Shown here piece by piece: positions 1 through 7,829 of a stretch of 27,573 nucleotides of DNA. The translations under genes were made by a program, and so were the position numbers. The notes below the pieces were generated by a model. The model was not told the DNA's origin and made no database searches. It worked only from the letters and a program-made list of their open reading frames with translations. Each line of letters starts with the position of its first letter. Position 1 is the first letter of the stretch. The stretch is from a virus (Duplodnaviria; Caudoviricetes): positions 1 to 27,573 of the IMG/VR virus record IMGVR_UViG_3300005286_000512. One strand, written 5' to 3'.

Positions 1-48
1 CGCCACAACGGCGGGGAAATCCAAAACCACCAACACACACACACCACC

Positions 49-441
49 ATGCCAAAGATCATCAGCCGCAACTACCGCGACCGCTCGAGCGAATACAAAT
101 GGCTCGTCCGCGACGCAGAGCAGACGCCCGAGGAAGCCGTCGCATGCAAACGCGTCGTCGCCACCGACATCCAGTTTCAGCTCAGCACGGCCTACGAAGA
201 CGGTTTCGGCTGCAGCATCGTCGCCCGCGCCGAGGATGCCGAGCTCTTCGACATCGAGCCTCCCGCCCCGCCAAAGCCCACCCCGCCCGCCGGCATGGTG
301 CCACTCATCTTCACCGGCATCGAGTTCGTCGCTGCCGGCGAAGCCGACGCCGTCAAGCGGCTCGCCGCCCTGCAGCTCGAGGCCGACGGCTCCATGTTCG
401 CCGCCCTTCCGGATCCTGAGCCCGAACCCGCCGTCGCCTGA
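49..441 (+). CDS. Hypothetical phage protein, 130 aa
   Basis: ATG after an A/C-rich leader (CACACACACACCACC); codon usage like neighbours. Confidence 0.75.
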   Translation: MPKIISRNYRDRSSEYKWLVRDAEQTPEEAVACKRVVATDIQFQLSTAYEDGFGCSIVARAEDAELFDIEPPAPPKPTPPAGMVPLIFTGIEFVAAGEADAVKRLAALQLEADGSMFAALPDPEPEPAVA

Positions 442-500
442 TTCTCAACCCCGGGTGGCGCCGGCATCCGGCGCCGCCCACCACCCAACGCCGCCCCACC

Positions 501-2150
501 ATGAAAAAGAACAACAAGCAGGAAGAGTCCCTGCAGCAGCAGATCCTCGCCCTCCTCCGCACCGCAGGTCCGGAGGGAATGTCCATCATCGAGCTGTCCC
601 AAAAGCTCAGCACTCCGACCTCGGGACTTCTCGTTTGGTTTTCCAAAATCGGCAAGAAGCTCCCCGAGATCCAGAAGGTCGGCGAGGCCCGCTACGCGAT
701 CGCCCCGGCCAGCGCCGAAACCCCGCCGCCGCAAGCCGAACCGATCCACCACCTCGACGTCTCCCTCATCGATCCCTCCCCGTTCAACCACCGCGAGGAC
801 TTCCCCGCCGACTACATCGCCAGCCTCGGGAAATCCATCCAGACCCACGGCAACGACAATCCCGTCATCGTCCGCCCATCGCCCAGGACGCCCGGCCGCT
901 ACGAATTGATCGCCGGCGAATGCCGCCTCCGCGCCGCCCACCTCTACAAGATCCCCGCGCTGCGCGGCGTCATCCGTGACGTCGACGACCGCGAGGCAAA
1001 GCGCATCCAGGCCGCCGAAAATCTTCAGCGCAAGGATCTCACTCCGCTCGAGTCCGCCCGCGCCCTGCGCAACCTCCTCGACGCCGGCGAAAAGCCCGCC
1101 GCTGTCATGGCGCAATTCGGCCTCTCCAAGTCCACCCTCTACGGGAAATTGAAACTCCTCGACCTGCCCGCAAAAGCGCAGACCCTCCTGCGCGAGGGCA
1201 AGCTCTCCGAGTCCATCGCCATCGACCTCGCCCGCCTCGAGGGCGCCGTGCAGACATCCGCACTCGCCGCCGTCACAGACCGGCACACGATCGACGCCCC
1301 CTACCGCGAACAAAAAGCCGCCCTCGATCGCGTGGCCGAGGATGCGAAGGAAATCGAAGCCTGGCAGGAGGTTGTCCGCGCCGAGGAGGCCAAAGGCCAC
1401 ACCGTCCTCGCTTACGAGGAATGCCGCCCCGGCCGCATCTACCTCACCGAGGCCTTTTGCAACGACTACTCGCGCAGCGAGGATCCCCTCGAGCGCCTCG
1501 CCGCCAAGTGCCACCAGGATCCCAAGCAGCGCACCTTCGAGAATATCATCGGCGCCGAGCGCCTCGCCGCGAACCCCCAGCTCGTCGTCATCGGCCGTTG
1601 CCAGAGCAGCGGCAAACCCGTGCGCCTGATGCGCATGTCCGGCCTCTTCCAGCTCTGCCGCGAGGCCGGCTTCGACGTCGAGGCCGCCCGCAAAGAACAG
1701 CGCAAGGCGCCCTCCGCCGCCGAGCAGCTCCGCGAGCGCGAGGAACGCGAGCGCAAATTCGAAGCCGAGCGCGCCGCGATTGCCGAGGCCACCCGCCAGC
1801 TCGCGCCGAAGATGAAGCCCACCAGCGCCGCCATCTGGCTCACCATTCTCTCCGACTTCCTCGACTACCCCGACGAAGACGAGGCCAGGATCATCCACCG
1901 CTACGTCCCCAGCCTCTCCACCGAAAAGCTCGAGGAAATCACCGGCTTCGACGACATCAGCGACGAGATCGCCACGCTCAGCGTCGAGCAGCTCGCCGCC
2001 CTCACCTTCGAGATCATCGCGCACCGAGCGTGCAGCCCCTACAACACCGAGGCGAACGACCGCTTCTTCGCCCGGCTCGACGTCGACTTCGCCGCCATCT
2101 GCGCCCGCCTCACCCCGGCCGCCGCAAAACCCAAACGAAAGGCAGCGTGA
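501..2150 (+). CDS. ParB/Spo0J-family protein with an extra N-terminal winged-helix domain
   Basis: IDPSPFNHR, PVIVRP, ELIAGECRLRAA (GxxRxxA CTP-binding motif), AENLQRKDLTPLE, HTH (VMAQFGLSKSTLYGKLKLLDLP); residues 9-66 look like a wHTH. Confidence 0.9.
   Translation: MKKNNKQEESLQQQILALLRTAGPEGMSIIELSQKLSTPTSGLLVWFSKIGKKLPEIQKVGEARYAIAPASAETPPPQAEPIHHLDVSLIDPSPFNHREDFPADYIASLGKSIQTHGNDNPVIVRPSPRTPGRYELIAGECRLRAAHLYKIPALRGVIRDVDDREAKRIQAAENLQRKDLTPLESARALRNLLDAGEKPAAVMAQFGLSKSTLYGKLKLLDLPAKAQTLLREGKLSESIAIDLARLEGAVQTSALAAVTDRHTIDAPYREQKAALDRVAEDAKEIEAWQEVVRAEEAKGHTVLAYEECRPGRIYLTEAFCNDYSRSEDPLERLAAKCHQDPKQRTFENIIGAERLAANPQLVVIGRCQSSGKPVRLMRMSGLFQLCREAGFDVEAARKEQRKAPSAAEQLREREERERKFEAERAAIAEATRQLAPKMKPTSAAIWLTILSDFLDYPDEDEARIIHRYVPSLSTEKLEEITGFDDISDEIATLSVEQLAALTFEIIAHRACSPYNTEANDRFFARLDVDFAAICARLTPAAAKPKRKAA
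1247..1264. promoter_or_regulatory. Degenerate copy of the 18-bp palindrome family, inside the ParB gene
   Basis: CGTGCAGACATCCGCACT, 15/18 to AGTGCGGACGTCCGCACT. Confidence 0.45.
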
Positions 2151-2189
2151 TGAGCCTGCGGACTTCGACAAGGCGTGGCGAACTCATCT

Positions 2190-2311
2190 GCCGAACAATA
2201 AAAGTGAGCCGCGAGTGCCTGCGCGAAAGGAATAATATGCCCCGGAAAACACACAAACCGACCGCACAACGAGTGCCGCAGGCGCTCGTTGGCTCGACTG
2301 GCGGGTTCGAC
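2190..2311 (-). other. Integron attC-like recombination site, 122 bp
   Basis: Minus strand: R'' GTCGAAC, 5 nt, L'' AGTCGAGC (extra C), paired inner arms, L' GCTCACT, 6 nt, R' GTTCGGC. Confidence 0.7.
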
Positions 2312-2518
2312 TCTGACCCGTCCGAAGATCCCAAATATCAAGCGTGGCTCGAAGAGCTGGCGAAGGAATGCAAGTGCTGGCCTGACTGCCCGTGTGGCGG
2401 CCTCATGGCCGGCGGGCTCTGCGATGAACTCGACCTCCGCGACGACGAGGAAACGGCCGATGAACGCTACGACCTCGACGTGTGGGGCGACGAATGGCAC
2501 ACTCCGATGTCTCTTTAG
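2237..2518 (+). CDS. Small Cys-rich acidic protein (93 aa); alternative in-frame start at 2150
   Basis: GAAAGGAATAAT-ATG at 2237; CKCWPDCPCGGLMAGGLC cluster; ATG at 2150 overlaps the parB stop. Confidence 0.65.
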   Translation: MPRKTHKPTAQRVPQALVGSTGGFDSDPSEDPKYQAWLEELAKECKCWPDCPCGGLMAGGLCDELDLRDDEETADERYDLDVWGDEWHTPMSL

Positions 2519-2658
2519 CGGGGCCGCCCCATCGGCGGACCCCCGTCAGGGGGTCACGTCCGATGCGGTGGCTGGCTCTGCGCTGGCCGAGCCAGGGAGC
2601 GCCACGCCGCTGCAAGCTGATTCCTGAGGGGCACGACCGATCACGCCGCGCAAGCGGC
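2516..2658 (+). ncRNA. Candidate structured RNA or leader: long nested hairpin plus a GCAA-tetraloop hairpin
   Basis: GACCCCC-GTCA-GGGGGTC, CATCGG/CCGATG, GCCGCC/GGTGGC stems; GCCGC-GCAA-GCGGC at 2645-2658; intergenic. Confidence 0.4.
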
Positions 2659-2685
2659 CTAACTTTCAACAACAAAGGAAACCAA

Positions 2686-2838
2686 ATGACATACAAAATC
2701 GACCGTTACAGAAATGGCAACCTCATGGCCGAAGGCGCCCGCGTGAACGCGGACACTCCGGAGGAAGCACTCCGAAAAGCTGCCGAGCTCTTCCCGGAGT
2801 GTCCTGATGACGCGTTCAAAATCAGAGGGGAGCGGTAG
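2686..2838 (+). CDS. Hypothetical protein, 50 aa (MTYKIDRY...)
   Basis: AAAGGAAACCAA-ATG leader; 3' part of ORF 2482..2838. Confidence 0.65.
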   Translation: MTYKIDRYRNGNLMAEGARVNADTPEEALRKAAELFPECPDDAFKIRGER

Positions 2839-2852
2839 CTCCCGCCCGCGCC

Positions 2853-2886
2853 GACTTCCGACCTTTAGACTCTCAGACCTTTAGAC
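2853..2886 (+). repeat. Degenerate GACCTTCA-family tandem repeat between convergent genes
   Basis: GACTTCC GACCTTTA GACTCTCA GACCTTTA GAC. Confidence 0.7.
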
Positions 2887-2896
2887 AGCGTCGTCG

Positions 2897-3673
2897 CTAT
2901 ACGACGACGAGCTCCCCGAGCTGATACACCCGCAGCGCGTCCTTCACCAGGTCCGCTTCCGCGTCGCGCCGGGCGTGCAGGCCTCCGAGCTTCTTCGGGT
3001 CCCACAGCCGCTTCATCGCGCGGATCTGCGCGGCCACGTCATCGAGCACCCGCTGCCGCGCGTCGTTGCGCAGCGTCTTCCACCCGCAGTCGCGCACGAT
3101 CGAGCGGATCGCCCGCATCTCGCGCCGGCTGTCGGCCGTCGACATCGAATCCCCACGATTGAACACAAGGCTCAGCAGCGCACCCTGCGCATCCGCCGGC
3201 AGAAACTCGCAGCCAGGCAACGCCGCGCGCGTCCGCTTCGCGTAGGCCGGCAGCGTCCGCACCTCGAAGACCTTCTCCGCCTGTAGCAGCGGGATCCGGA
3301 TGTCCCGCAGCCCCGCCACCTTCGCCTTCGCCGCGGTGCCCTTCAGCTCGATCACCGACTCCAGACGTCCGCACTCCGCGCTCGGCAACAGATCCTGCCA
3401 ATCCGCGCGAAATTGCGCCCGCGTGCTGTAGCCGAGATCGTAGCCGATCCCGATCGTCACCCCGCTCTCGCCGCCCGGCCAGCTCGGCCGCTCGAGCTTC
3501 GCCTGGTAATACGCCGCAGACGAGATTTCGAACCCCACGATCCCATCGATCGCCCGCTGCGAGACCAGCATCCGCCCGGGAGGCAGATCCTCGATCACCA
3601 CCGGTTGCGGCTTCGATTGCGTGAACGGCAGAATCTTGCTCACCGTTGCCCAAAGCCTCGCGAAGAAATCCAT
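2897..3673 (-). CDS. Endolysin, lysozyme-fold (pesticin C-terminal-like) muramidase
   Basis: FE...WPGGESGVTIGIGYDLG, ALLSLVFNRG, GLHARRDAEADL motifs; last gene of the late operon. Confidence 0.85.
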   Translation of the reverse strand: MDFFARLWATVSKILPFTQSKPQPVVIEDLPPGRMLVSQRAIDGIVGFEISSAAYYQAKLERPSWPGGESGVTIGIGYDLGYSTRAQFRADWQDLLPSAECGRLESVIELKGTAAKAKVAGLRDIRIPLLQAEKVFEVRTLPAYAKRTRAALPGCEFLPADAQGALLSLVFNRGDSMSTADSRREMRAIRSIVRDCGWKTLRNDARQRVLDDVAAQIRAMKRLWDPKKLGGLHARRDAEADLVKDALRVYQLGELVVV

Positions 3674-3834
3674 GTCTTCCCGTCCGTGTCAGCCACCCGG
3701 GAGGGCGAGGCTCCCGCCGAGCCGACGAATCCCACCACGATCGACCCATATCGCCCACCCTCGCCGATCGGCACCTCGAGCGTCGCACACGTCGCGAGCG
3801 CCAGGCAGGCGGCACAAAGAAAAATCCGAGCCAT
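3640..3834 (-). CDS. Small putative lipoprotein of the lysis cassette (spanin-like?)
   Basis: Hydrophobic N-terminus ending in a lipobox-like LATC; preceded by a TTGACA box. Confidence 0.55.
   Translation of the reverse strand: MARIFLCAACLALATCATLEVPIGEGGRYGSIVVGFVGSAGASPSRVADTDGKTWISSRGFGQR
3687..3692 (-). promoter_or_regulatory. CTGACA variant box, 13 nt before the endolysin ATG
   Basis: CTGACA-CGGACGGGAAGAC-ATG. Confidence 0.4.
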
Positions 3835-3847
3835 GCCGCAGCCGACG

Positions 3848-3853
3848 TGTCAA
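3848..3853 (-). promoter_or_regulatory. TTGACA box, 13 nt before ATG 3834
   Basis: TTGACA-CGTCGGCTGCGGC-ATG. Confidence 0.6.
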
Positions 3854-3862
3854 TGTGCGGCC

Positions 3863-4276
3863 GTGCGTTCGCTCCTCGCTCTCGTTGCCATGGTGACGGT
3901 CGCTGTGGCGGCCGAGGCTCCGCGTCATGAAGCCGACTTCCAGAAGCAATGGGCTGCCGAGAACAGCGGGAAGGTGAACGTCCGCATGCCCGACGGCACG
4001 CGCTGCGACGTCGTTACCGGCACGCACGCCATCGAGGTCGAGTTTGCTCCGAAATGGAGCGAGGCGATCGGCCAATCGCTCTTCTACGCCCTGCAGACGA
4101 ACAAGCGTGCCGGCATCGTTCTCATCCTCCGAACGCCCGAAGACCGTCGTTATCTCCTCCGGCTGAATTCCACGATCGAGGCCTACAGCCTGCCGATCGA
4201 CGTCTGGGAAATCACTCCCGCGCCGCGCGACCCGTCCGCTCGTTCCGCTCGAGATAATCGATCATCCGGCGATTGA
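3863..4276 (+). CDS. Signal-peptide protein with PD-(D/E)xK-like fold, antisense within the lysis cassette
   Basis: GTG start, hydrophobic leader, E...DGTRCD...AIEVEF..KW.EAIGQ.L.Y pattern. Confidence 0.65.
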   Translation: MRSLLALVAMVTVAVAAEAPRHEADFQKQWAAENSGKVNVRMPDGTRCDVVTGTHAIEVEFAPKWSEAIGQSLFYALQTNKRAGIVLILRTPEDRRYLLRLNSTIEAYSLPIDVWEITPAPRDPSARSARDNRSSGD

Positions 4277-4496
4277 TCTCCGCCTGCGTCGTTGCGGCCG
4301 TCGCGTTTTTCTCGACCAGCGCCATCAGCGCCTTGTTCTGGTCCTGCACCTGCGAGTCCTTCGTCACCTGCATGTAGCCAAGGAACAGGATCACCGCGCC
4401 CAGGATGCCATACTTCGTGACGAACGCCGCGATGAAGCTCCGTTCCGACGGCGCGCCCGCCGCCTCTGCATCGAAATTTCGCATCCCGCCACTCAC
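4212..4496 (-). CDS. Putative holin (one TM helix plus coiled coil; BhlA/UviB-like layout); start GTG 4496 or ATG 4484
   Basis: KYGILGAVILFLGY TM segment, charged helical tail, position upstream of the endolysin. Confidence 0.6.
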   Translation of the reverse strand: MSGGMRNFDAEAAGAPSERSFIAAFVTKYGILGAVILFLGYMQVTKDSQVQDQNKALMALVEKNATAATTQAEINRRMIDYLERNERTGRAARE

Positions 4497-4510
4497 GCGT
4501 TTAACCGCGA

Positions 4511-4516
4511 TGTCAA
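4511..4516 (-). promoter_or_regulatory. TTGACA box, 14 nt before in-frame GTG 4496
   Basis: TTGACA-TCGCGGTTAAACGC-GTG. Confidence 0.5.
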
Positions 4517-4584
4517 TGCTCGCCGTCGTGCGACGAGAACAGCCCGTCGATCCCTGCGCGCGACACCACCGCCACCTCGCCGCA

Positions 4585-5907
4585 TTAGGCCGAAAGCGTG
4601 CTCTCGCTCCACTCAATATAGGCATACCACCTGATTGTAGTGGATGCCTGTCCAGTGATCGTGAGAGTGATCGCCTTCGTGGTATTATTGACCCCGAGCG
4701 AAATATCCCAACCGCTCGCTCCGCTGCCGTCCTCAATGTCTGTCCCTATCGTTTGAACGGTGGAGACGAGACTAACTGTTCCGCCGATCCGCTTGACCAA
4801 GAGTCGGCGGCGGTAGCTCGCACAAGCAGAGCCGTCGCTCTTCAGAGCTGTGACCTCAACGGTGCAATCATAAATCCGATCGTCGTCGAGATTCGGTAGG
4901 ATCGCGTGAGCTGCCGGTGTCGCATTCGTCGTGGAGGTGCGAAAGTAATACTGGTTTCGAGAAGCCTGTGTATGAGCGCCTCGTGACCATTGGCATTCGC
5001 GCGTGGCTCGAGCCCCTCTTCCACCGGCCCGGCTTCCGTCTCCGGAGGCTATCGTCCCGAATCCGTCAGCATGTGAGTATTCACCCGTGGCCTGGGTCTG
5101 GTAGCCTTCGGCGCGCGAGTAATTCCCCGACGCGATTGTCTCGTTGCCGCAGGAATGTGCGACAGCTCCACTGGCTCGCGCTCCAATCCCAACGGCTCTC
5201 GAACCCCACCCTTCAGCGATACACTTTATGCCGTCCGCTACAGCGGCGTAGTTTGAGCTAACCGAGTCGAGGCCGTAAGCTCGAGCTCCATCAAAATCGT
5301 CGTTATTGACGCGCCCCGAACGAATGACTTCTGCAGGCTCGTTTCCCCCAACAAAGTCATCGGTAATCGCCGAGATATCCCATCCCGTATCGACCTCTAT
5401 AACGAACTCGTCCTCCTCCGAGTTAATCGCTGTGATGGTGCCGACAAAAATTATATCGTAGCCGAAAAAGCGAACGAAAGCTCGATCGCCCTCCGCAAAG
5501 AATGCGGTCTTTGCCCCCTGATTTGGGTCGTCCTCGTGACGTTGCATTACGATCGTGCGACCATCGACCGAGGAGATTCTCCACACGGTATCGCTAATCT
5601 TTCCGATCGCACACCGAACACCGTCGAGAAACGCCGAGATGACTTGCTTAGTATCAAAAGACGCATCGATCGTCTGATGAGTTGCATTAGCCCCTAAAAA
5701 ACCGGCAATCGAGTTATCCCGCACCTGGACGGGGATCCCGCCTCGCGCGACATCGTTGCCAAAAAACCACTGCCGAAGGGTTTTGTCGAAGCAGGCGCGT
5801 CCAGCTGCGATCACACCCATCGGGAGCGGATCTCCATTGCCATCCGTGTCCTGAATGGAAAGGCGCTGGTCTGTCGTTCCACGTCGGAAACGTATCACGT
5901 TACTCAT
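4585..5907 (-). CDS. Tail fibre/receptor-binding protein with Mtd/hyaluronidase-like N-terminus and YadA-head-like repeats
   Basis: IRFRRGT...FDKT...GND..GG N-terminus; 14-aa repeats (ASGNYSRAEGYQTQ, ATGEYSHADGFGTI); lower GC. Confidence 0.75.
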   Translation of the reverse strand: MSNVIRFRRGTTDQRLSIQDTDGNGDPLPMGVIAAGRACFDKTLRQWFFGNDVARGGIPVQVRDNSIAGFLGANATHQTIDASFDTKQVISAFLDGVRCAIGKISDTVWRISSVDGRTIVMQRHEDDPNQGAKTAFFAEGDRAFVRFFGYDIIFVGTITAINSEEDEFVIEVDTGWDISAITDDFVGGNEPAEVIRSGRVNNDDFDGARAYGLDSVSSNYAAVADGIKCIAEGWGSRAVGIGARASGAVAHSCGNETIASGNYSRAEGYQTQATGEYSHADGFGTIASGDGSRAGGRGARATRECQWSRGAHTQASRNQYYFRTSTTNATPAAHAILPNLDDDRIYDCTVEVTALKSDGSACASYRRRLLVKRIGGTVSLVSTVQTIGTDIEDGSGASGWDISLGVNNTTKAITLTITGQASTTIRWYAYIEWSESTLSA

Positions 5908-7225
5908 ATGCGTTGAAGGAGCTGAGGTTTGATGTAGTGAGCGTGTATCCGGTGGAGATGCCGTGCGCCGCGTCGATCGAGGCGATCAGTGCATCGAGTT
6001 GCGATCTGCGCGACGCGAGGTCGGTTCCCAAGCCTTGGGTTTGACTGGCGAACGTCCAAACCGTGATCAGACAAAATCCATCCGGCAAAAGCAGGCCAAC
6101 CGGATTCCCCGAGTCGCCGCCGACGATCGCCTCGCTCCACGGTCGTTCCTGACTGGCTTCGCTCGGTCGCCGCGCGGCTTGATAGTCATCGTTGTTACTG
6201 GTGGCCGCCCAGTGCATCACGAGCGCCTTTTCTTCCTGATCCAGCGCAAGCAGCGGAATCGCTTCGAGGATCGGGACGTAGGTTCTCCAATTCTCGGGCA
6301 GCACCTTTGCCGGCGTGATCGTCGACGGAAGTGCGTCGTCGAGTAAGCCAATCGTGAGGTCCGGCAGGTAGCCGGAGAAGGGCGTGAGATGCTGGACGCG
6401 CACAATCGTTCGAACAACGAAGGCGCCGTCCTGCGTCACAAATCCCACCATCGTTCCAACCGGGAAATGTGAAGCGGTGTGCCGCGCGATCAGCACGTGT
6501 TGCGGAGTCAGCGGAGTTACAGAGAATTTCGGCGACCAGCTCCCGCCGGGCTCGCGGTAAGCAGGAGAGAGGCAGGTGAGATCGTAACCCGCCGCCCAGC
6601 AGTCTGGATTTCGCACGTAAACGCCTGCGCCTGGGTTCTGCGTCGTGAATATCCGCAACGAATCCGACGGACTCTTTCCCTCCAGATTGGGAAGCACAGC
6701 CTCGGCGGCCGCCGCCGCGAGCGAGCCTTCGACGAATCCCGCGAAAACAGGTGTCGGTGACGCGATATCGATAGCGATCGGCAACGTGATCGACCGCTGC
6801 AGCAACCCATCGCTTGCCGTGATCGTCACATTTCCAGCGGAGACACCGCGCACCTCGCCGTCTTTGACCGTAGCGACTTCTGGGAAATTGGATTCCCATG
6901 CAATGGGGCGCAGACCGCGCACACGGATCGCGGAAATATCGTAATCGTCAATGGTTCGCGCAGCCGGCCGAATCTCGTAGAAGTGGCTGCGGTCCTGCAT
7001 GATCGACGGAGGAGTCGCCTCCAGCGCGCGTTTCGTTCGCCGGACCACCTCCAAGTCGAACCAGCTCGACATCCCCGCGTCATCTCCCTCGTCGAATTCG
7101 TAGACAACCTCTGGTTCTGGAGAAGAACCCCCAAGATCCCCCTCGTCCCAAGGATTGTTGCCGAGATCCCCCTCGTCGAAGTCCTTCGGAGCGGTCCCGC
7201 GAAACATGATTATTGCCTCACTCAT
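5900..7225 (-). CDS. Tail-associated protein with an Ig-like (Big_2-type) domain and a trypsin-like serine protease domain
   Basis: WESNFPEVATVKDGEVRGVSAGNVTITAS; triad motifs HVLIARH, PDLTIGLL, GGDSGNP. Confidence 0.75.
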   Translation of the reverse strand: MSEAIIMFRGTAPKDFDEGDLGNNPWDEGDLGGSSPEPEVVYEFDEGDDAGMSSWFDLEVVRRTKRALEATPPSIMQDRSHFYEIRPAARTIDDYDISAIRVRGLRPIAWESNFPEVATVKDGEVRGVSAGNVTITASDGLLQRSITLPIAIDIASPTPVFAGFVEGSLAAAAAEAVLPNLEGKSPSDSLRIFTTQNPGAGVYVRNPDCWAAGYDLTCLSPAYREPGGSWSPKFSVTPLTPQHVLIARHTASHFPVGTMVGFVTQDGAFVVRTIVRVQHLTPFSGYLPDLTIGLLDDALPSTITPAKVLPENWRTYVPILEAIPLLALDQEEKALVMHWAATSNNDDYQAARRPSEASQERPWSEAIVGGDSGNPVGLLLPDGFCLITVWTFASQTQGLGTDLASRRSQLDALIASIDAAHGISTGYTLTTSNLSSFNAYE

Positions 7226-7250
7226 CGCCGAGATCCCCTTCGTCGTAGTC
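7082..7250 (-). repeat. Four DEGD(LG)-coding repeats spanning a gene junction
   Basis: 7160-7183 and 7227-7250 are 22/24 identical; further copies near 7131 and 7082. Confidence 0.75.
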
Positions 7251-7829
7251 AAGCGTCAGAGGCGGCAATAAATCGGACCGAATGCCGTCTTGATCGAAAA
7301 GATCTGCAGCCAGCGCATAACGAGCATCACTCTGCGTCGCGTTGTAAAAATCATCCCCCGTCACGCCGCTCTCGCCGGCGGTGGAGATGCCGCTCGGGCG
7401 GCATTCGCCGACCCCCCAGCACGCCAGCGACTGTCCGCCGGTCGTCGTGATCGCAAGCTCCCACCACAGTTTTCCGCGCCACTTCGCGACGATCCGCCAG
7501 TTCGTCTCTTCGGCCGCGAGCACGATCGTGAAATGTTGCGCCTCCCGCGCCTTCCACTGCGTCAGCGTGAGATCCGCGTTCATCTCCTCCGCCGCGATCG
7601 TCTTCGTCGCGAGCAGCTGCCCGGTCGCATCGTCCTTCCGGACTACGAATTTCGCGCTCTCGAAATTCGCGATATCCCGCAGCGTCTTCGACGCGAGAAA
7701 TGCGGCAAAGCGAAGCTCCATCCGCGACCCTTGCGGCACGATCAACGGCCCCGCGCCGAAGGCATCCTCCGCCGCGTCGGGATTGTTCGGAAATACCTCG
7801 AACCAGTAGGCCCTTCCGTCGACGATCAT
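7218..7829 (-). CDS. Tail tip/fibre adaptor protein (BppU-like position), 203 aa
   Basis: ATGA overlap with the upstream gene; beta-rich; tail-module context. Confidence 0.65.
   Translation of the reverse strand: MIVDGRAYWFEVFPNNPDAAEDAFGAGPLIVPQGSRMELRFAAFLASKTLRDIANFESAKFVVRKDDATGQLLATKTIAAEEMNADLTLTQWKAREAQHFTIVLAAEETNWRIVAKWRGKLWWELAITTTGGQSLACWGVGECRPSGISTAGESGVTGDDFYNATQSDARYALAADLFDQDGIRSDLLPPLTLDYDEGDLGDE

Noticed and set aside
192-2171. Long antisense/alternate-frame ORFs (also 7700..8983, 16318..17649, 18221..19537, 21604..22986)
   Set aside because: Shadow ORFs of GC-rich genes with recognisable products on the other strand; Arg/Pro-rich nonsense composition
2657-2663. GCCTAAC as part of a second attC
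   Set aside because: No matching L boxes or partner arm nearby, and not complementary to the R'' of the site at 2190-2311; at most a lone core site
4585-5907. Diversity-generating retroelement, suggested by the Mtd-like N-terminus and BPP-1-like capsid
   Set aside because: No reverse transcriptase and no TR/VR repeat pair with adenine-specific mismatches seen in this window
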